Notes: a model not told the origin generated them from the sequence alone. Shown: positions 7,740-17,123, counted from the first letter of the stretch. The stretch: 37,258 bases of DNA from Candidatus Methylomirabilales bacterium (GCA_046758505.1 JBHIAH010000019.1:1-37258), one strand, 5' to 3'. Numbers and translations are program-made.

Positions 7740-8995
7740 GACTCCCGCCTCTCATAGAGCGACGTGCCCTCCACGAGGGTGAGGAGGACTTTTTCCGGAC
7801 CTGCGTCGTGCAAGAGGTACTCATACGGGTCCGCCTCCGACCCGTCCAGGGAGACGGCGGTGAGATCGGCCCGTTTCCCGGGCTCCAGGGTCCCGATCTC
7901 GCGATCGAGCCCCAAGGCCTCGGCACCCCCCGCGGTCACCATCCTGATCCATTCTGCCGGGGACAGCAGCCCGCCATGAACCTGGTGGGCGAAACGGATC
8001 TCATCCCAGAGACTGAGACTCTCGTTGCTCGCCAGGGAATCGGTCCCCAGCCCCACCGGGACCCGCAGATCCCGGAGCGCCTTCAGGGGAGCCCGGCCCA
8101 CGCCGAGAAAGGCGTTGGACCGGGGACAGTGCGCCACCGCGACCCCGCGCTGGGCCACGATGTCCAGGTCCCCTTCTGTGAGGTGAACGGCATGCACCAG
8201 GAGGCACTTTGGACGCAGCAGGTTCAGGCCGTCGAGATAACGCACCGGGGTGGTCCCGAGCGTCGGGGGGGGGACGTCGCCCCATCCCGTTGCGGGGAGA
8301 AGACGGGTCCGGATCTCGCCCCCCCCTGATCGCAGGTACTCCACCTCGGGGCCGCTCTCTGCGGCGTGGATCGCAGCCTTCAGGTCCAATCCCTGCTGTG
8401 CCTGCCGGCACAGGTGAAAGAGCCGGGGCGAGAGGCTGTAGGTCGCATGCGGGGAGATGCCCACTTCGAGCAGACTCCCGCGCGCCTCCTCCCGCATTGC
8501 CTTCAGATGCGCAAGGGATACTTCGGCAATCTCCTCTGCCCGCGCATCGTCCAGACCGATCATCTCTCGATACACCACCCCACGGAGGCCACTGTTTTTC
8601 AGCGCCGGCAGGCTCACCCCGGTCGAGGCCACATCCCCCACGCACGTCGTGCCCGACCGGATCAACTCGGCGATCCCCTCCGCCACGGCCCCCGCACACG
8701 TCTCCCCCAAGAGGCTCCGCTTCTGCTCCACGAGATTCACGATCCAGTCCACGAACGATCGACCCGAAGGGACCTGCTGGCGAAGGGCGCAGAGCTCGAG
8801 GTGGGTGTGCACATTGACCAGGCCGGGAAGGAGGATTGCCTCGCCCAGATCCCACCATGCTGCCCCGGGATGTTCCTCCTTCAGGACCGCCCGCGGCCCC
8901 ACGCTCCGGATGCGGGCCCCGTCGATCAGGAGAGCGCCGTCCCGAATCGCGGGTTGGCTGACCGGGAGGAGGTACCTGGCAGCGAGGACGCGCAT
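7736..8995 (-). CDS. Metal-dependent amidohydrolase, probable aminodeoxyfutalosine deaminase (MqnX-like)
   Basis: PGLVNVHTHLEL, SPHATYS, IHAAES, VHAVHL, HCPRSN, LGTDSLASN; translationally coupled to mqnA. Confidence 0.75.
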   Translation of the reverse strand: MRVLAARYLLPVSQPAIRDGALLIDGARIRSVGPRAVLKEEHPGAAWWDLGEAILLPGLVNVHTHLELCALRQQVPSGRSFVDWIVNLVEQKRSLLGETCAGAVAEGIAELIRSGTTCVGDVASTGVSLPALKNSGLRGVVYREMIGLDDARAEEIAEVSLAHLKAMREEARGSLLEVGISPHATYSLSPRLFHLCRQAQQGLDLKAAIHAAESGPEVEYLRSGGGEIRTRLLPATGWGDVPPPTLGTTPVRYLDGLNLLRPKCLLVHAVHLTEGDLDIVAQRGVAVAHCPRSNAFLGVGRAPLKALRDLRVPVGLGTDSLASNESLSLWDEIRFAHQVHGGLLSPAEWIRMVTAGGAEALGLDREIGTLEPGKRADLTAVSLDGSEADPYEYLLHDAGPEKVLLTLVEGTSLYERRES

Positions 8996-8996
8996 G

Positions 8997-9596
8997 CTAC
9001 CCTGTCACCGAGAGCTGGCGCCACCACTCCTCGGCTCGGGCGAGTTCCTCCGGGGTGTTCATGTTGAAGAGGCTGAGTCCTTGGGGATCGTAGGGCCCGA
9101 GCTCCTCCATCCCCACGCGCCGGACCCGGACGTGGGGAAAGAACCGTGCGATCTTCAGGTCGCCGGAGTGGACCAGGCGTTCCATCTGGGGGAGACACGT
9201 CTTGGCGTACAGGGCATACAGCGGTTCCCAGTCGTCGGTATAGGGGACGACCGCATCCCAGTCGTCGGTGAGGGTGGCGAGATACCGAATCAGGCCAGGG
9301 TTAAAAAACGGCATATCGCACGCCATTACAAAGGTCCACGGATGGCGGGCGACGGCGGTGCCGGTATAGATGCCGCCCAGCGATCCCTTGTTTGGGATCA
9401 AGTCCGGAACGACCGGGACACCCAGGTCACCGTACAGATCCCGGGCGTTGGCCACAACAATGACTTCCGGGAAAATCCGCTGCAGTCCATCGACCAATCG
9501 GTCGATGAGACGCTTCCCTCCGATCTCCAGGACCGCCTTGTTGCGGCCCATCCGGGTCGATTGTCCCCCGGCCAGAATGATCCCGCTGATCGTCAT
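8997..9596 (-). CDS. mobA: Molybdenum cofactor guanylyltransferase
   Basis: ILAGGQSTRMGRNKA, GSLGGIYTG, ACDMPF, EPLYALY, FNMNTPEE. Confidence 0.93.
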   Translation of the reverse strand: MTISGIILAGGQSTRMGRNKAVLEIGGKRLIDRLVDGLQRIFPEVIVVANARDLYGDLGVPVVPDLIPNKGSLGGIYTGTAVARHPWTFVMACDMPFFNPGLIRYLATLTDDWDAVVPYTDDWEPLYALYAKTCLPQMERLVHSGDLKIARFFPHVRVRRVGMEELGPYDPQGLSLFNMNTPEELARAEEWWRQLSVTG

Positions 9597-9659
9597 CGCT
9601 CAGGCCACCCTCGCTCATTCCCCATCCCCGAGAATGCAGGCGACCACCCGGATCATCTA

Positions 9660-10127
9660 TCACTCTTCCTCGTTGTTGTTCCCCTTCTCTAACTGGTCGA
9701 GGCCCACTATCTCTCCCTCCACCTCCTCTGCCTGCGCCTCCTCTTCCCCGTGCTCCTCCTCTCCTTCTTCCTCTGTCCCCTCCTCGGCCTCGACCGGCAC
9801 CACGACTTCAAGCTCCTGCTCGTGCTCCTCTGCTTCTAGCACCTCTTCGGCCGTGACCCCCTCGGGGGCAATCTCCCTGAACCACGTCGGTTTGACCGCC
9901 TCCGCGTAGACCCCTGTCTTCGTCACTTCCTCAACAGGTTTCACGCTGTACTCAATCTTCCCCGCAGCGATCTCCTCCAAGGCAAGATAGGTCGGCTTAT
10001 GGCCTCTTGGCTGGACCAGGGGGGGCGCATTCTGATTGAGCTGCCGGCTTCGCTCCGCCGCAATGATCACCAATCGATATTTGCTGTCGACTTTCTCCGT
10101 CAGGTCCTCGAGCGGTACATGCGTCAT
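9660..10127 (-). CDS. rpoZ: RNA polymerase omega subunit with long acidic C-terminal extension
   Basis: DSKYRLVIIAAERSRQL..KPTYLALEEIAAGKI; follows gmk. Confidence 0.92.
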   Translation of the reverse strand: MTHVPLEDLTEKVDSKYRLVIIAAERSRQLNQNAPPLVQPRGHKPTYLALEEIAAGKIEYSVKPVEEVTKTGVYAEAVKPTWFREIAPEGVTAEEVLEAEEHEQELEVVVPVEAEEGTEEEGEEEHGEEEAQAEEVEGEIVGLDQLEKGNNNEEE

Positions 10128-10756
10128 CGGTCAATCCCTCCGTGTGAGATGCCTAACTCCTCCCGGATGCGGGAGCGCAGGCGGGAGCTGCGGTGCCGCT
10201 CTGCCACAATGATGGCACAGAGATCACCGACCGCCTGCTCAAGCACATCGTTGATAATCACATAGTCATACTCGTGGAAATACGTCATCTCTTCCTGGGC
10301 CCTCCGCAGCCGGCGCTCGATCTCGTCGGAGGCCTCGCTCTGCCGGGCGCGGAGACGCTCCTCGAGCTGTTCCCAGGACGGCGGGAGGACAAACACGAAC
10401 ACCCCCTCTGGATACACCTGCCGGAGCTGCGCCGCTCCCTGGGTATCAATATCCAGGATGACGTCGCGGCCCGCGCCGAGCTCGGCCTCGAGCAGATGCC
10501 TCGAAGTACCGTAGAAATGCCCGTGGACCCTCGCCCACTCCGCGAAATCCCCCGCCCTCACCATGCGCTGAAAGGTCGCCTCGTCGACGAAGTGATAGTC
10601 CCGGCCCTCGACCTCATGGGATCGTGGGGCGCGGGTCGTATAGGAGATCGAATGTGTAAGGCCTGGGTTCCGGCGAACGGCTTCCCCACACAGGCTGGTC
10701 TTTCCTGCCCCCGACGGGGCCGACACCACGACGAGGAGCCAACGCGGATCCCCCAT
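10124..10756 (-). CDS. gmk: Guanylate kinase
   Basis: SAPSGAGKTS, SYTTRAPR..EVEGRDYHFV, YGTS, LDIDTQGA, YDYVIIND. Confidence 0.97.
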   Translation of the reverse strand: MGDPRWLLVVVSAPSGAGKTSLCGEAVRRNPGLTHSISYTTRAPRSHEVEGRDYHFVDEATFQRMVRAGDFAEWARVHGHFYGTSRHLLEAELGAGRDVILDIDTQGAAQLRQVYPEGVFVFVLPPSWEQLEERLRARQSEASDEIERRLRRAQEEMTYFHEYDYVIINDVLEQAVGDLCAIIVAERHRSSRLRSRIREELGISHGGIDR

Positions 10757-10759
10757 CTG

Positions 10760-11017
10760 CTACTCCCTCTCTCCTTGATCACCGATCAACCGCTGGGCCA
10801 GGGTCTCGGTCTGAATGGCCGAGAGGATCACATGGTCGCTGTCCGTCACCACGATCGAGCGCGTGCGCCGCCCGTTCGTGGCATCCACCAGCTTTCGCAC
10901 TTCCTTCGCCTCGTCCTTGAGCCGCTTGCTGGGGGCAGAACTCGGATTGACGATGGCAACGATCCGACTCGCCACGACCATATTCGCAAACCCAACATTG
11001 AGGAGTTCGGTCGCCAC
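10760..11017 (-). CDS. remA: DUF370/RemA-family regulator
   Basis: [55 protein letters not shown] 11017 follows GGAGGT; conserved yicC-remA-gmk-rpoZ order. Confidence 0.9.
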   Translation of the reverse strand: MATELLNVGFANMVVASRIVAIVNPSSAPSKRLKDEAKEVRKLVDATNGRRTRSIVVTDSDHVILSAIQTETLAQRLIGDQGERE

Positions 11018-11070
11018 GCCACTCACCTCCCTCCGTCCCCGGCGCTCGTTCCCCATCGCCCCCGAGGGCC

Positions 11071-11949
11071 TCATTCGATATTCTGGACCTGCTCCCGGAC
11101 CCGCTCCAAGTCCGCCTTGATCTCCACCACGACCGGCGAGATGACCGCATCGGCCGCCTTCGCCCCGATGGTATTGGCTTCCCGGTGCATCTCTTGCAAG
11201 AGAAACTCAAGCCGCCGCCCATGGGGACCATCACCCCGGAGGAATGTTTGAAACTGCAGGATGTGGCTCTCGAGCCGGGCACACTCCTCGGTGATGTCGG
11301 ACCGATCCGCGAAGAGCACCACCTCCTGGGCGAGCCGATCCGGATCCGGAAGCGGCGTGCCGAGCAGGGACGCGATCCGCTCCTGCACCCGGTTCCGATA
11401 GGCGTGCACCAGGTGAGGCGCCCGCGCCTTGACGGCGTCCAGGGCCGCCCCGATCTGGCCGAGGCAGACCTCGAGACCTTGGGCCAGGTTCTCTCCCTCT
11501 TTGCGCCGCATCGACTCGACCTCATCCAGGGCCCGGTGGATCAATGGCTTGAGGACCGCATCTGCCTGCGCGAGGTCGACCTCCGCAGCCTCGACGGTCA
11601 CGAAGTCGCGCAGCCCCATCAGGGCCTCGATGGTCACGGCGCCCCCCAGGCCCAGCTCCTGCTGTAGCTCCCTGAGCGCTCCAACGTACTGCTCGATGGC
11701 CCCCCGGTCAATGCGCAAGGTTCGGGGAATCTCTCCATGCAGCTTTTCCGTGACCTGCACGTCAAAGCGGCCCCGGTGCACCCGCCCCCGGACCTCCCGT
11801 TGGAGCGCATGCTCCAGGGAGGCCAGGGCCCGAGGAAGCCTGATCCGGATGTCGGTAAACCGGTGGTTAAAGGCCTGGATTTCAACGGTGTAGAGGTGGG
11901 TGGCCGTGGCACCCTCGGCCCTGCCATACCCGGTCATGCTTTTGAGCAT
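11071..11949 (-). CDS. yicC: YicC/YloC family endoribonuclease
   Basis: [54 protein letters not shown]. Confidence 0.95.
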   Translation of the reverse strand: MLKSMTGYGRAEGATATHLYTVEIQAFNHRFTDIRIRLPRALASLEHALQREVRGRVHRGRFDVQVTEKLHGEIPRTLRIDRGAIEQYVGALRELQQELGLGGAVTIEALMGLRDFVTVEAAEVDLAQADAVLKPLIHRALDEVESMRRKEGENLAQGLEVCLGQIGAALDAVKARAPHLVHAYRNRVQERIASLLGTPLPDPDRLAQEVVLFADRSDITEECARLESHILQFQTFLRGDGPHGRRLEFLLQEMHREANTIGAKAADAVISPVVVEIKADLERVREQVQNIE

Positions 11950-12057
11950 AGGGACTGAACCAAAGACAATCACCCAGGGAAGGCCACCGACGCCGCATCG
12001 GAGATCATCTCGGGGGCTATGGCCCCCGGGGGGAACGCAACCCCCTGTTTCTTCTCC

Positions 12058-12086
12058 ACGTTACTGCAGTTTCCGCGGCCTGTCAA
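12058..12086 (-). promoter_or_regulatory. Sigma70 promoter of the yicC-gmk-rpoZ-mqn operon
   Basis: TTGACA-17 nt-TAACGT, about 110 nt upstream of the yicC ATG. Confidence 0.7.
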
Positions 12087-12154
12087 ACTCAAACGACCCC
12101 CGGCCCGGCCACGTCTGCCTTTACTTGGCCCCCCCCGACGGATAAGATAGTATA

Positions 12155-13066
12155 ATGATGCTAGAGTGGACGGCGACACAAGCGCGCTACGCCCGGCTCC
12201 TCCGGCGACGCATCACTCGCGTGGAGCGGCGGCGGGACAAGATCCTCGCAGACGTGGCCCAGGCACGGGGATGGGAGCAGGTACGCCGGCAGGGAGAACT
12301 GCTTCGGGTCAACCAGAGGCGCGTCCCGCGGGGCCTGCCCGAGGTGACCCTGCCCGACTACTACGGGGAACCGGGGAAGAGCCTGACCATCCCCCTTGAC
12401 CCGGCCCTCTCCGTCGAGGCCAACGCCGAGCGCTACTTCAGGCAGGCGCGGAAGGCGAAACGGGGACTCCCGATCATGGAGCGCCGGCTGGCGCAGACTG
12501 AGACAGAGCTGAAAGCGTGGGAGACCGCCCTGGAGCGCGTCATCCAGGTCGAGACCGCCGAGGCCCTGGACAGAGTAGCGGCGGCCCACGACCTGGCTCG
12601 GCTCGAGCCGTCATCCCCCCCGCCGCGCCCCCGAAAGAGCAAGCAGGGAGGCGGCCTCGAGCCCCGACGCTATGTGTCCACTGACGGCCGAGAGATCTGG
12701 GTCGGTCGGAGTTCCGTAGGGAACGAGCACCTCACCTTCCACCTAGCCCGCCCCCACGATCTGTGGCTCCATGTCGAAGGATACGGGGGATCCCACGTCG
12801 TTGTCCGGAACCGCAAGGGACAGACGGTCCCTCCCCGGACCCTGCGCGAGGCCGCCCAGCTCGCCGCCTTCTTCAGCAAGGCGCGTAACGCCGGCAAGGT
12901 CCCCATCCACTACACCGCCGCCCGGTACGTCAGACGGGTGAAAGGCCGAAAGCCCGGCACCGTCCTCCTCACGCAGGAAAAGACCGTCCTCGTCACCCCG
13001 GACCCCGCCGTGGTGGCCGCCTGCGCCGAGCGGGGGAAGACAGGCCTGGCTTCCACATCTCGCTGA
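12155..13066 (+). CDS. RqcH/FbpA (NFACT) homolog with coiled-coil and NFACT-R domains only
   Basis: GELL..IPLDPALSVEANAERYF..RKAKRG; IWVGRS..NE.LT..ARPHDLWLHV..GSHVVV..AAQLAAFFSKA..YT..YVRR. Confidence 0.85.
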   Translation: MMLEWTATQARYARLLRRRITRVERRRDKILADVAQARGWEQVRRQGELLRVNQRRVPRGLPEVTLPDYYGEPGKSLTIPLDPALSVEANAERYFRQARKAKRGLPIMERRLAQTETELKAWETALERVIQVETAEALDRVAAAHDLARLEPSSPPPRPRKSKQGGGLEPRRYVSTDGREIWVGRSSVGNEHLTFHLARPHDLWLHVEGYGGSHVVVRNRKGQTVPPRTLREAAQLAAFFSKARNAGKVPIHYTAARYVRRVKGRKPGTVLLTQEKTVLVTPDPAVVAACAERGKTGLASTSR

Positions 13067-13087
13067 AGCCGACAGGGAGGCGCGGCA

Positions 13088-14035
13088 GTGGCCAGGTACG
13101 CCGCCATCGACGTGGGGACCAATACCGTCCGGCTCCTCGTGGCAGACGCGGAAGACTCCACGACCTATCGCGCCGTCTTCCAGGCGCAGCACATCACCCG
13201 GCTCGGCGAGCGGATCGAGGAGACCGGCATGCTGAGTGAAGCGGCGATGGCGCGGACCCTCCAGGTGCTTCAGCGCTTTGCCCAACAGGCCAGGGCGCTG
13301 CGGGCTGAGGAGGTGGCGGCCGTCGCCACCAGTGCGGCCCGGGAAGCCGCGAATCAGGGGGCGTTCCTCGCCCGGGCGCGGAGCGAGGCGGGCGTCGAGC
13401 TCCGGGTCATCTCCGGAGAATTCGAGGCGACCCTGACCGCCCTTGGCGTGTCCCACGCCCTGGGCCCGGTGGGCACCCCCATACTGATTCTCGACATCGG
13501 CGGAGGGAGCACCGAGTTTACCCGGCTTGACCAGGGCAAGATGGGCGGGTACATAAGCCTTCCCATGGGGGTGGTGAAGCTGACCGAGGCCCACCTCAAT
13601 GGCGATCCGCCCTCCGGAGAAGAACTAGAAGCCGCGGCCACCTCGATCCGCGAGAGCCTCGGGCAGGTGCCGGCCTCTCTCAGGCACCCGCCGGGGGGCA
13701 TCCTGGTGGGGACCGCGGGCACCCCCACCACCCTGGCCGCGATCGACCTTGGTCTTGCGACGTACGATGCAAAGCGAGTCACCGGCCACCGCCTGTCGCG
13801 AGACCGGATCCGGGAGCTGCTGGACTACCTCTGCTCCCTCCCCCTGGCCGAGCGCCGCCAGATCGTCGGCCTCGAGTCGGCCCGAGCGGACGTGATCCTC
13901 GCAGGCACCCTGCTGACCCGTGAGACCATGGCGCTCTTCGACTTTGACGAACTCACGGTGAGCGACGGGGGCCTCCGCGAAGGCCTCCTCCTCCACCATC
14001 TTGCCCACCACCACCCCAAATCGCCCCCTGATTGA
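13088..14035 (+). CDS. ppx: Ppx/GppA family exopolyphosphatase (short form)
   Basis: AAIDVGTNTVRLLVA, ITRLGE, ATSAAREAAN, ISGEFEA, DIGGGSTE, RADVI, GLREG. Confidence 0.92.
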   Translation: MARYAAIDVGTNTVRLLVADAEDSTTYRAVFQAQHITRLGERIEETGMLSEAAMARTLQVLQRFAQQARALRAEEVAAVATSAAREAANQGAFLARARSEAGVELRVISGEFEATLTALGVSHALGPVGTPILILDIGGGSTEFTRLDQGKMGGYISLPMGVVKLTEAHLNGDPPSGEELEAAATSIRESLGQVPASLRHPPGGILVGTAGTPTTLAAIDLGLATYDAKRVTGHRLSRDRIRELLDYLCSLPLAERRQIVGLESARADVILAGTLLTRETMALFDFDELTVSDGGLREGLLLHHLAHHHPKSPPD

Positions 14036-14293
14036 GCCCGGGAGGCGAGACGAAGAGGCCGAACGGGAAGCTCTAGCACCGGCCACTGTTCCCCTATGCC
14101 GTGGGGGCGGTCATCTGGATCATCCTCCCGGGCCTGCTCTTCCTGTACTTCTGGTTCAGTGCGCCGGATGAACTCAAGCACGATACGCACAGCAGCTTGG
14201 CTCCAAAGGGCCCACTAATCACCGATAACGTTCCCCGTATGCGGCGGTGAGCCGGCGTCCGCAGGATCTAGAGGGGGGTGACAAGAGGACTGT

Positions 14294-14590
14294 GTGATTG
14301 CAAGACCCGACCCCCAACCGGACCCCGAGATAGATGAAGGCCTCGAGAACGCTGGTAGGCGGATTGGCCAGCTTGAGCGATTCCTCGTGACAACGCTCAT
14401 GGTATTGGACCAGTACAGCGCGATTGCGTTTGTCTTTGCTGCAAAATCCATCGCTCGCTTCAAAAAGATCGAGGAGTCGCCCGTCTTTGCAGAGTATTAT
14501 CTTGCCGGGACATCGGCTAGTGTCTCCTTTGCCTTGTTGATAGGCCTCTGTATCAAAGGCGGATTCGCGCTGCTTGGGTGGAGCCATTGA
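14294..14590 (+). CDS. Small hypothetical membrane protein (possibly a remnant)
   Basis: 98 aa, lower GC; GRRIGQLERFLV..FVFAAKSIARF..FAEYYLAGT resembles the C-terminus of DUF3307-like membrane proteins (recall, unverified). Confidence 0.45.
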   Translation: MIARPDPQPDPEIDEGLENAGRRIGQLERFLVTTLMVLDQYSAIAFVFAAKSIARFKKIEESPVFAEYYLAGTSASVSFALLIGLCIKGGFALLGWSH

Positions 14591-14693
14591 TATCAAATGC
14601 AGGGAGCATGTGTTATTCCTGGACGAACACAAAGCGCTGCGGGGAGTAGTGATGCCGAAAGAGACTCCCTGCCCACGAGGATGCTAAAAGCGG

Positions 14694-15098
14694 TCAAGCC
14701 TTAGGTAGGTCACCAGGAAGTCCAGTCCTGGCGTATCGGAAGAGGTTCGCTTTATCTCCCAAGCCTTGAAGAGCAGAGGCAGTACACCGGTCTTGTTTCC
14801 ACGGGCCGCGGACGTTCGGGCTGTCCAAGCATGTCGTAGCATGAATAGTGGGAGGAAGGCCTGCAACCTGAAACGAGGGCGAGAAACTCGGTAACGGCAA
14901 GGGGGGGCTACGGTTCCGTTCAACGATATCACTGCCGGCTCAGGTGCATTGGCGCCACTGACATAGCCATGCCGCTTTCGAAACTCACGCTCTTGGGAAC
15001 TCTCTAGTTCCTCCGCTGCTACATGCGTGTTGACCCCTGTAACACTCAGCAAGCAGGGGCGCCCAGGCACCCAAAGAACAACCCGTTCACCTGCTTCA
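14694..15098 (-). pseudogene. Frameshifted C-terminal remnant of a ThiF/E1-like enzyme
   Basis: RV..PGRPCL..EEL..RHGYVSG..PEPAVISLNGTVA, then a second frame with QGLGDKANLFRY; there is no N-terminal GxGxxG region and the 5' side abuts a tandem repeat. Confidence 0.55.
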
Positions 15099-15155
15099 GC
15101 GGGTGGGGTCAGGCATTTGGCGGGTGGGGTCATGGCGGGTGGGGTCAGGCATTTG
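15099..15155. repeat. Three copies of GCGGGTGGGGTCA (copies 1 and 3 extended by GGCATTTG)
   Basis: Copies start at 15099, 15120 and 15135. Confidence 0.85.
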
Positions 15156-15392
15156 TATATTTATATCGGCTTTGGGACCGGTTCCAGCATCGTTTAGTAC
15201 CGTGTCTTGCAATCCCACCCCGCCCTTCCTCCGGGGTTGCTCATCCTTGGGACGATCGTAGTTTGGGCTTGACAGGAGCTGTGCGTGCTGGGGTACAAGA
15301 GAGGCGACTCCAGGCGACCCTTCGGGTTGCCGCGTGGCTGACTCTGGGACGAGGACTCAGCTCTCAACACTCAACTCTCAGCAGGTAGTTGA

Positions 15393-15435
15393 GATGGAAC
15401 CGGGGTAGGGATAACCCCTAGCCCACCTCCGGCAC
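15393..15435 (+). promoter_or_regulatory. Conserved leader hairpin, copy 1 (candidate cis-regulatory RNA)
   Basis: GATGGAACCGGGGTAGGGATAA-cccta-GCCCACCTCCGGCAC is highly similar to 26409-26452 on the minus strand; a TTGACA lies at 15269. Confidence 0.6.
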
Positions 15436-15461
15436 GATTGACGGCGTTTCGGAAGTTTCTG

Positions 15462-15506
15462 ATGCCCTCTCGGGCGAACCTTGGCCCGAGAGGGCGTATT
15501 GCTTTT
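15462..15506 (+). terminator. Intrinsic terminator-like hairpin in the 5' leader of the MBL-rhodanese gene
   Basis: 14-bp stem ATGCCCTCTCGGGC / GCCCGAGAGGGCGT, 8-nt loop, tail ATTGCTTTT. Confidence 0.7.
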
Positions 15507-15574
15507 GACCGTTGGTCGGGAAATGCACCTCAGTTGCAGGCAGCGCGTCCTCATCGAAGTAGGGAGATTGAACG

Positions 15575-16702
15575 ATGTATTTTAAGCAAATCTTGGACGA
15601 ACGCTGTGGTTGCGCATCCTATCTGATAGCCTCTCGCCAATCGCATGAGGCGGCGATCGTCGATCCCTCAATCGAGACGCAACCATATGAAGAATTGCTC
15701 CGGGAGCGCAACTTTCGACTGCGCTATGCGCTCGACACGCACGTGCACGCAGACCACGTGTCAGGCGCACGCAAGCTTCGAACCGCCCACGCGGCCGAGC
15801 TGTGTCTGTATGAAGAGGCCCAGGTGGTCTACCCCTTCCGTCCCCTCAAAGATGGCGAAGAGCTCGCGCTAGGGCAGCTACGCCTGCGCGTGTTGCACAC
15901 ACCCGGACATCGCCAAGAGCTGATCTCGATCCTGATCATTAACCCACCCCGCAGCCCGGAGCCCTCGATGGTGCTGACGGGCGATTCGCTACTGGTCGGC
16001 GACGTCGGCCGCCCGGACTTTGGAGGCGGCGACGCCGCTGTTCAGTATGACAGCCTGACGCGCTTGCTACGGCTGCCGGACTGGGTGGCGGTTTTTCCCG
16101 GTCACTTTGAGGGGCCTTGCGGCAAAGGGATGTGTGGCCGACCCAACACAACCATCGGCTTCGAGCGACTGTACAACCCATTGACCCGCCTGGATCGCGA
16201 GACCTTTGTCTCTACCCTCGTACACAGCCTCGCCGCGCGGCCATTGAACATGACCGCCATCGAGGCGACCAACCGGGGCGTGGGCGACATGCCGTGGGCT
16301 ATGCTAGCCACCGCCCCCGCAGTCAGTGAGATCGACATCAATACACTGGAAATGCGTCCGCCAAGGGCAGTCGTCTTGGATGTTCGCGAACCGCAGGAGT
16401 ACGCGCACGGGCATGTCCCTGGTGCGGTCAATATTCCCCAAGCAGACCTAGCCTCGCGGCTGGACGAGGTGCCGCGGGATTGGCCCGTGATGATCATTTG
16501 CCAGTCAGGGATGCGCTCATTGCGGGCGGCGCAGTACCTGACGCAGATGAACATCGCTCAGGTCGCGAACGTGAAAGGTGGTAGCACAGCGTGGCGCAAG
16601 GCAGGCAAAGCGGTCACCGTCGGCGACACGAGCGTGGAAGAGCCTCGTGTCACCGAAACGGAATGGATGCACGCCGGCGCCCGCAGCAGCCTCCAGACTT
16701 AG
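15575..16702 (+). CDS. MBL-fold persulfide dioxygenase (ETHE1-like) fused to a rhodanese domain
   Basis: DTHVHADHVSG, HTPGH, TGDSLLVGDVGRPD, FPGH, TTIGFER.YN; rhodanese LDVREP.EY..GHVPGA..ICQSGMRS; RBS GGGAG. Confidence 0.9.
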   Translation: MYFKQILDERCGCASYLIASRQSHEAAIVDPSIETQPYEELLRERNFRLRYALDTHVHADHVSGARKLRTAHAAELCLYEEAQVVYPFRPLKDGEELALGQLRLRVLHTPGHRQELISILIINPPRSPEPSMVLTGDSLLVGDVGRPDFGGGDAAVQYDSLTRLLRLPDWVAVFPGHFEGPCGKGMCGRPNTTIGFERLYNPLTRLDRETFVSTLVHSLAARPLNMTAIEATNRGVGDMPWAMLATAPAVSEIDINTLEMRPPRAVVLDVREPQEYAHGHVPGAVNIPQADLASRLDEVPRDWPVMIICQSGMRSLRAAQYLTQMNIAQVANVKGGSTAWRKAGKAVTVGDTSVEEPRVTETEWMHAGARSSLQT

Positions 16703-16814
16703 CACCCTCTTGAGGCCACGGTTCGTGGCACCCTGGAAACCGCCCAGAAGTGCCAGTTAAGCGTGGCGGGTGGGCGCGTGCCGGTGGGCGGGTGGCGCGC
16801 TGGGTGAGGAGACC

Positions 16815-17093
16815 CTAAACCCTGTGGGTACGTTTTCCTGTTTTGCCGCGGCCGAATTCGGCCGGTGATGGTCCCTGGCCGACTCCCCTGACCAGCCAGT
16901 CTAGGCTCACCTCTTTGAGTTCGGCAACCCTGACCAGATACTCCAGGGGGGGTCTGACCGTCCCGTGCTCGTAGCGGCTCACCTTATCTTGGTGATAGCC
17001 GCCGACCGCTCTGCCAAAGTCGGTCTGGCTGACCTGACCCCGGGCTTCTCTCAGCCTCTTCCCGACTCCAAGCCACAGAGACCGTGATCGCAT
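16815..17093 (-). CDS. XRE-family HTH transcriptional regulator
   Basis: GKRLREARG..SQTDFG..VSRYEHG..P..L..VSLDWLV.G; RBS GAAAGGA. Confidence 0.85.
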   Translation of the reverse strand: MRSRSLWLGVGKRLREARGQVSQTDFGRAVGGYHQDKVSRYEHGTVRPPLEYLVRVAELKEVSLDWLVRGVGQGPSPAEFGRGKTGKRTHRV

Positions 17094-17123
17094 GACAAGA
17101 TCCTTTCGTCCATAGCCAGTCCA

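Noticed and set aside
15403..15414. Pyrrolysine recoding of the TAG in the leader mini-ORF
   Set aside because: No pyl genes are in the window, and read-through would add only one further sense codon before TAA.
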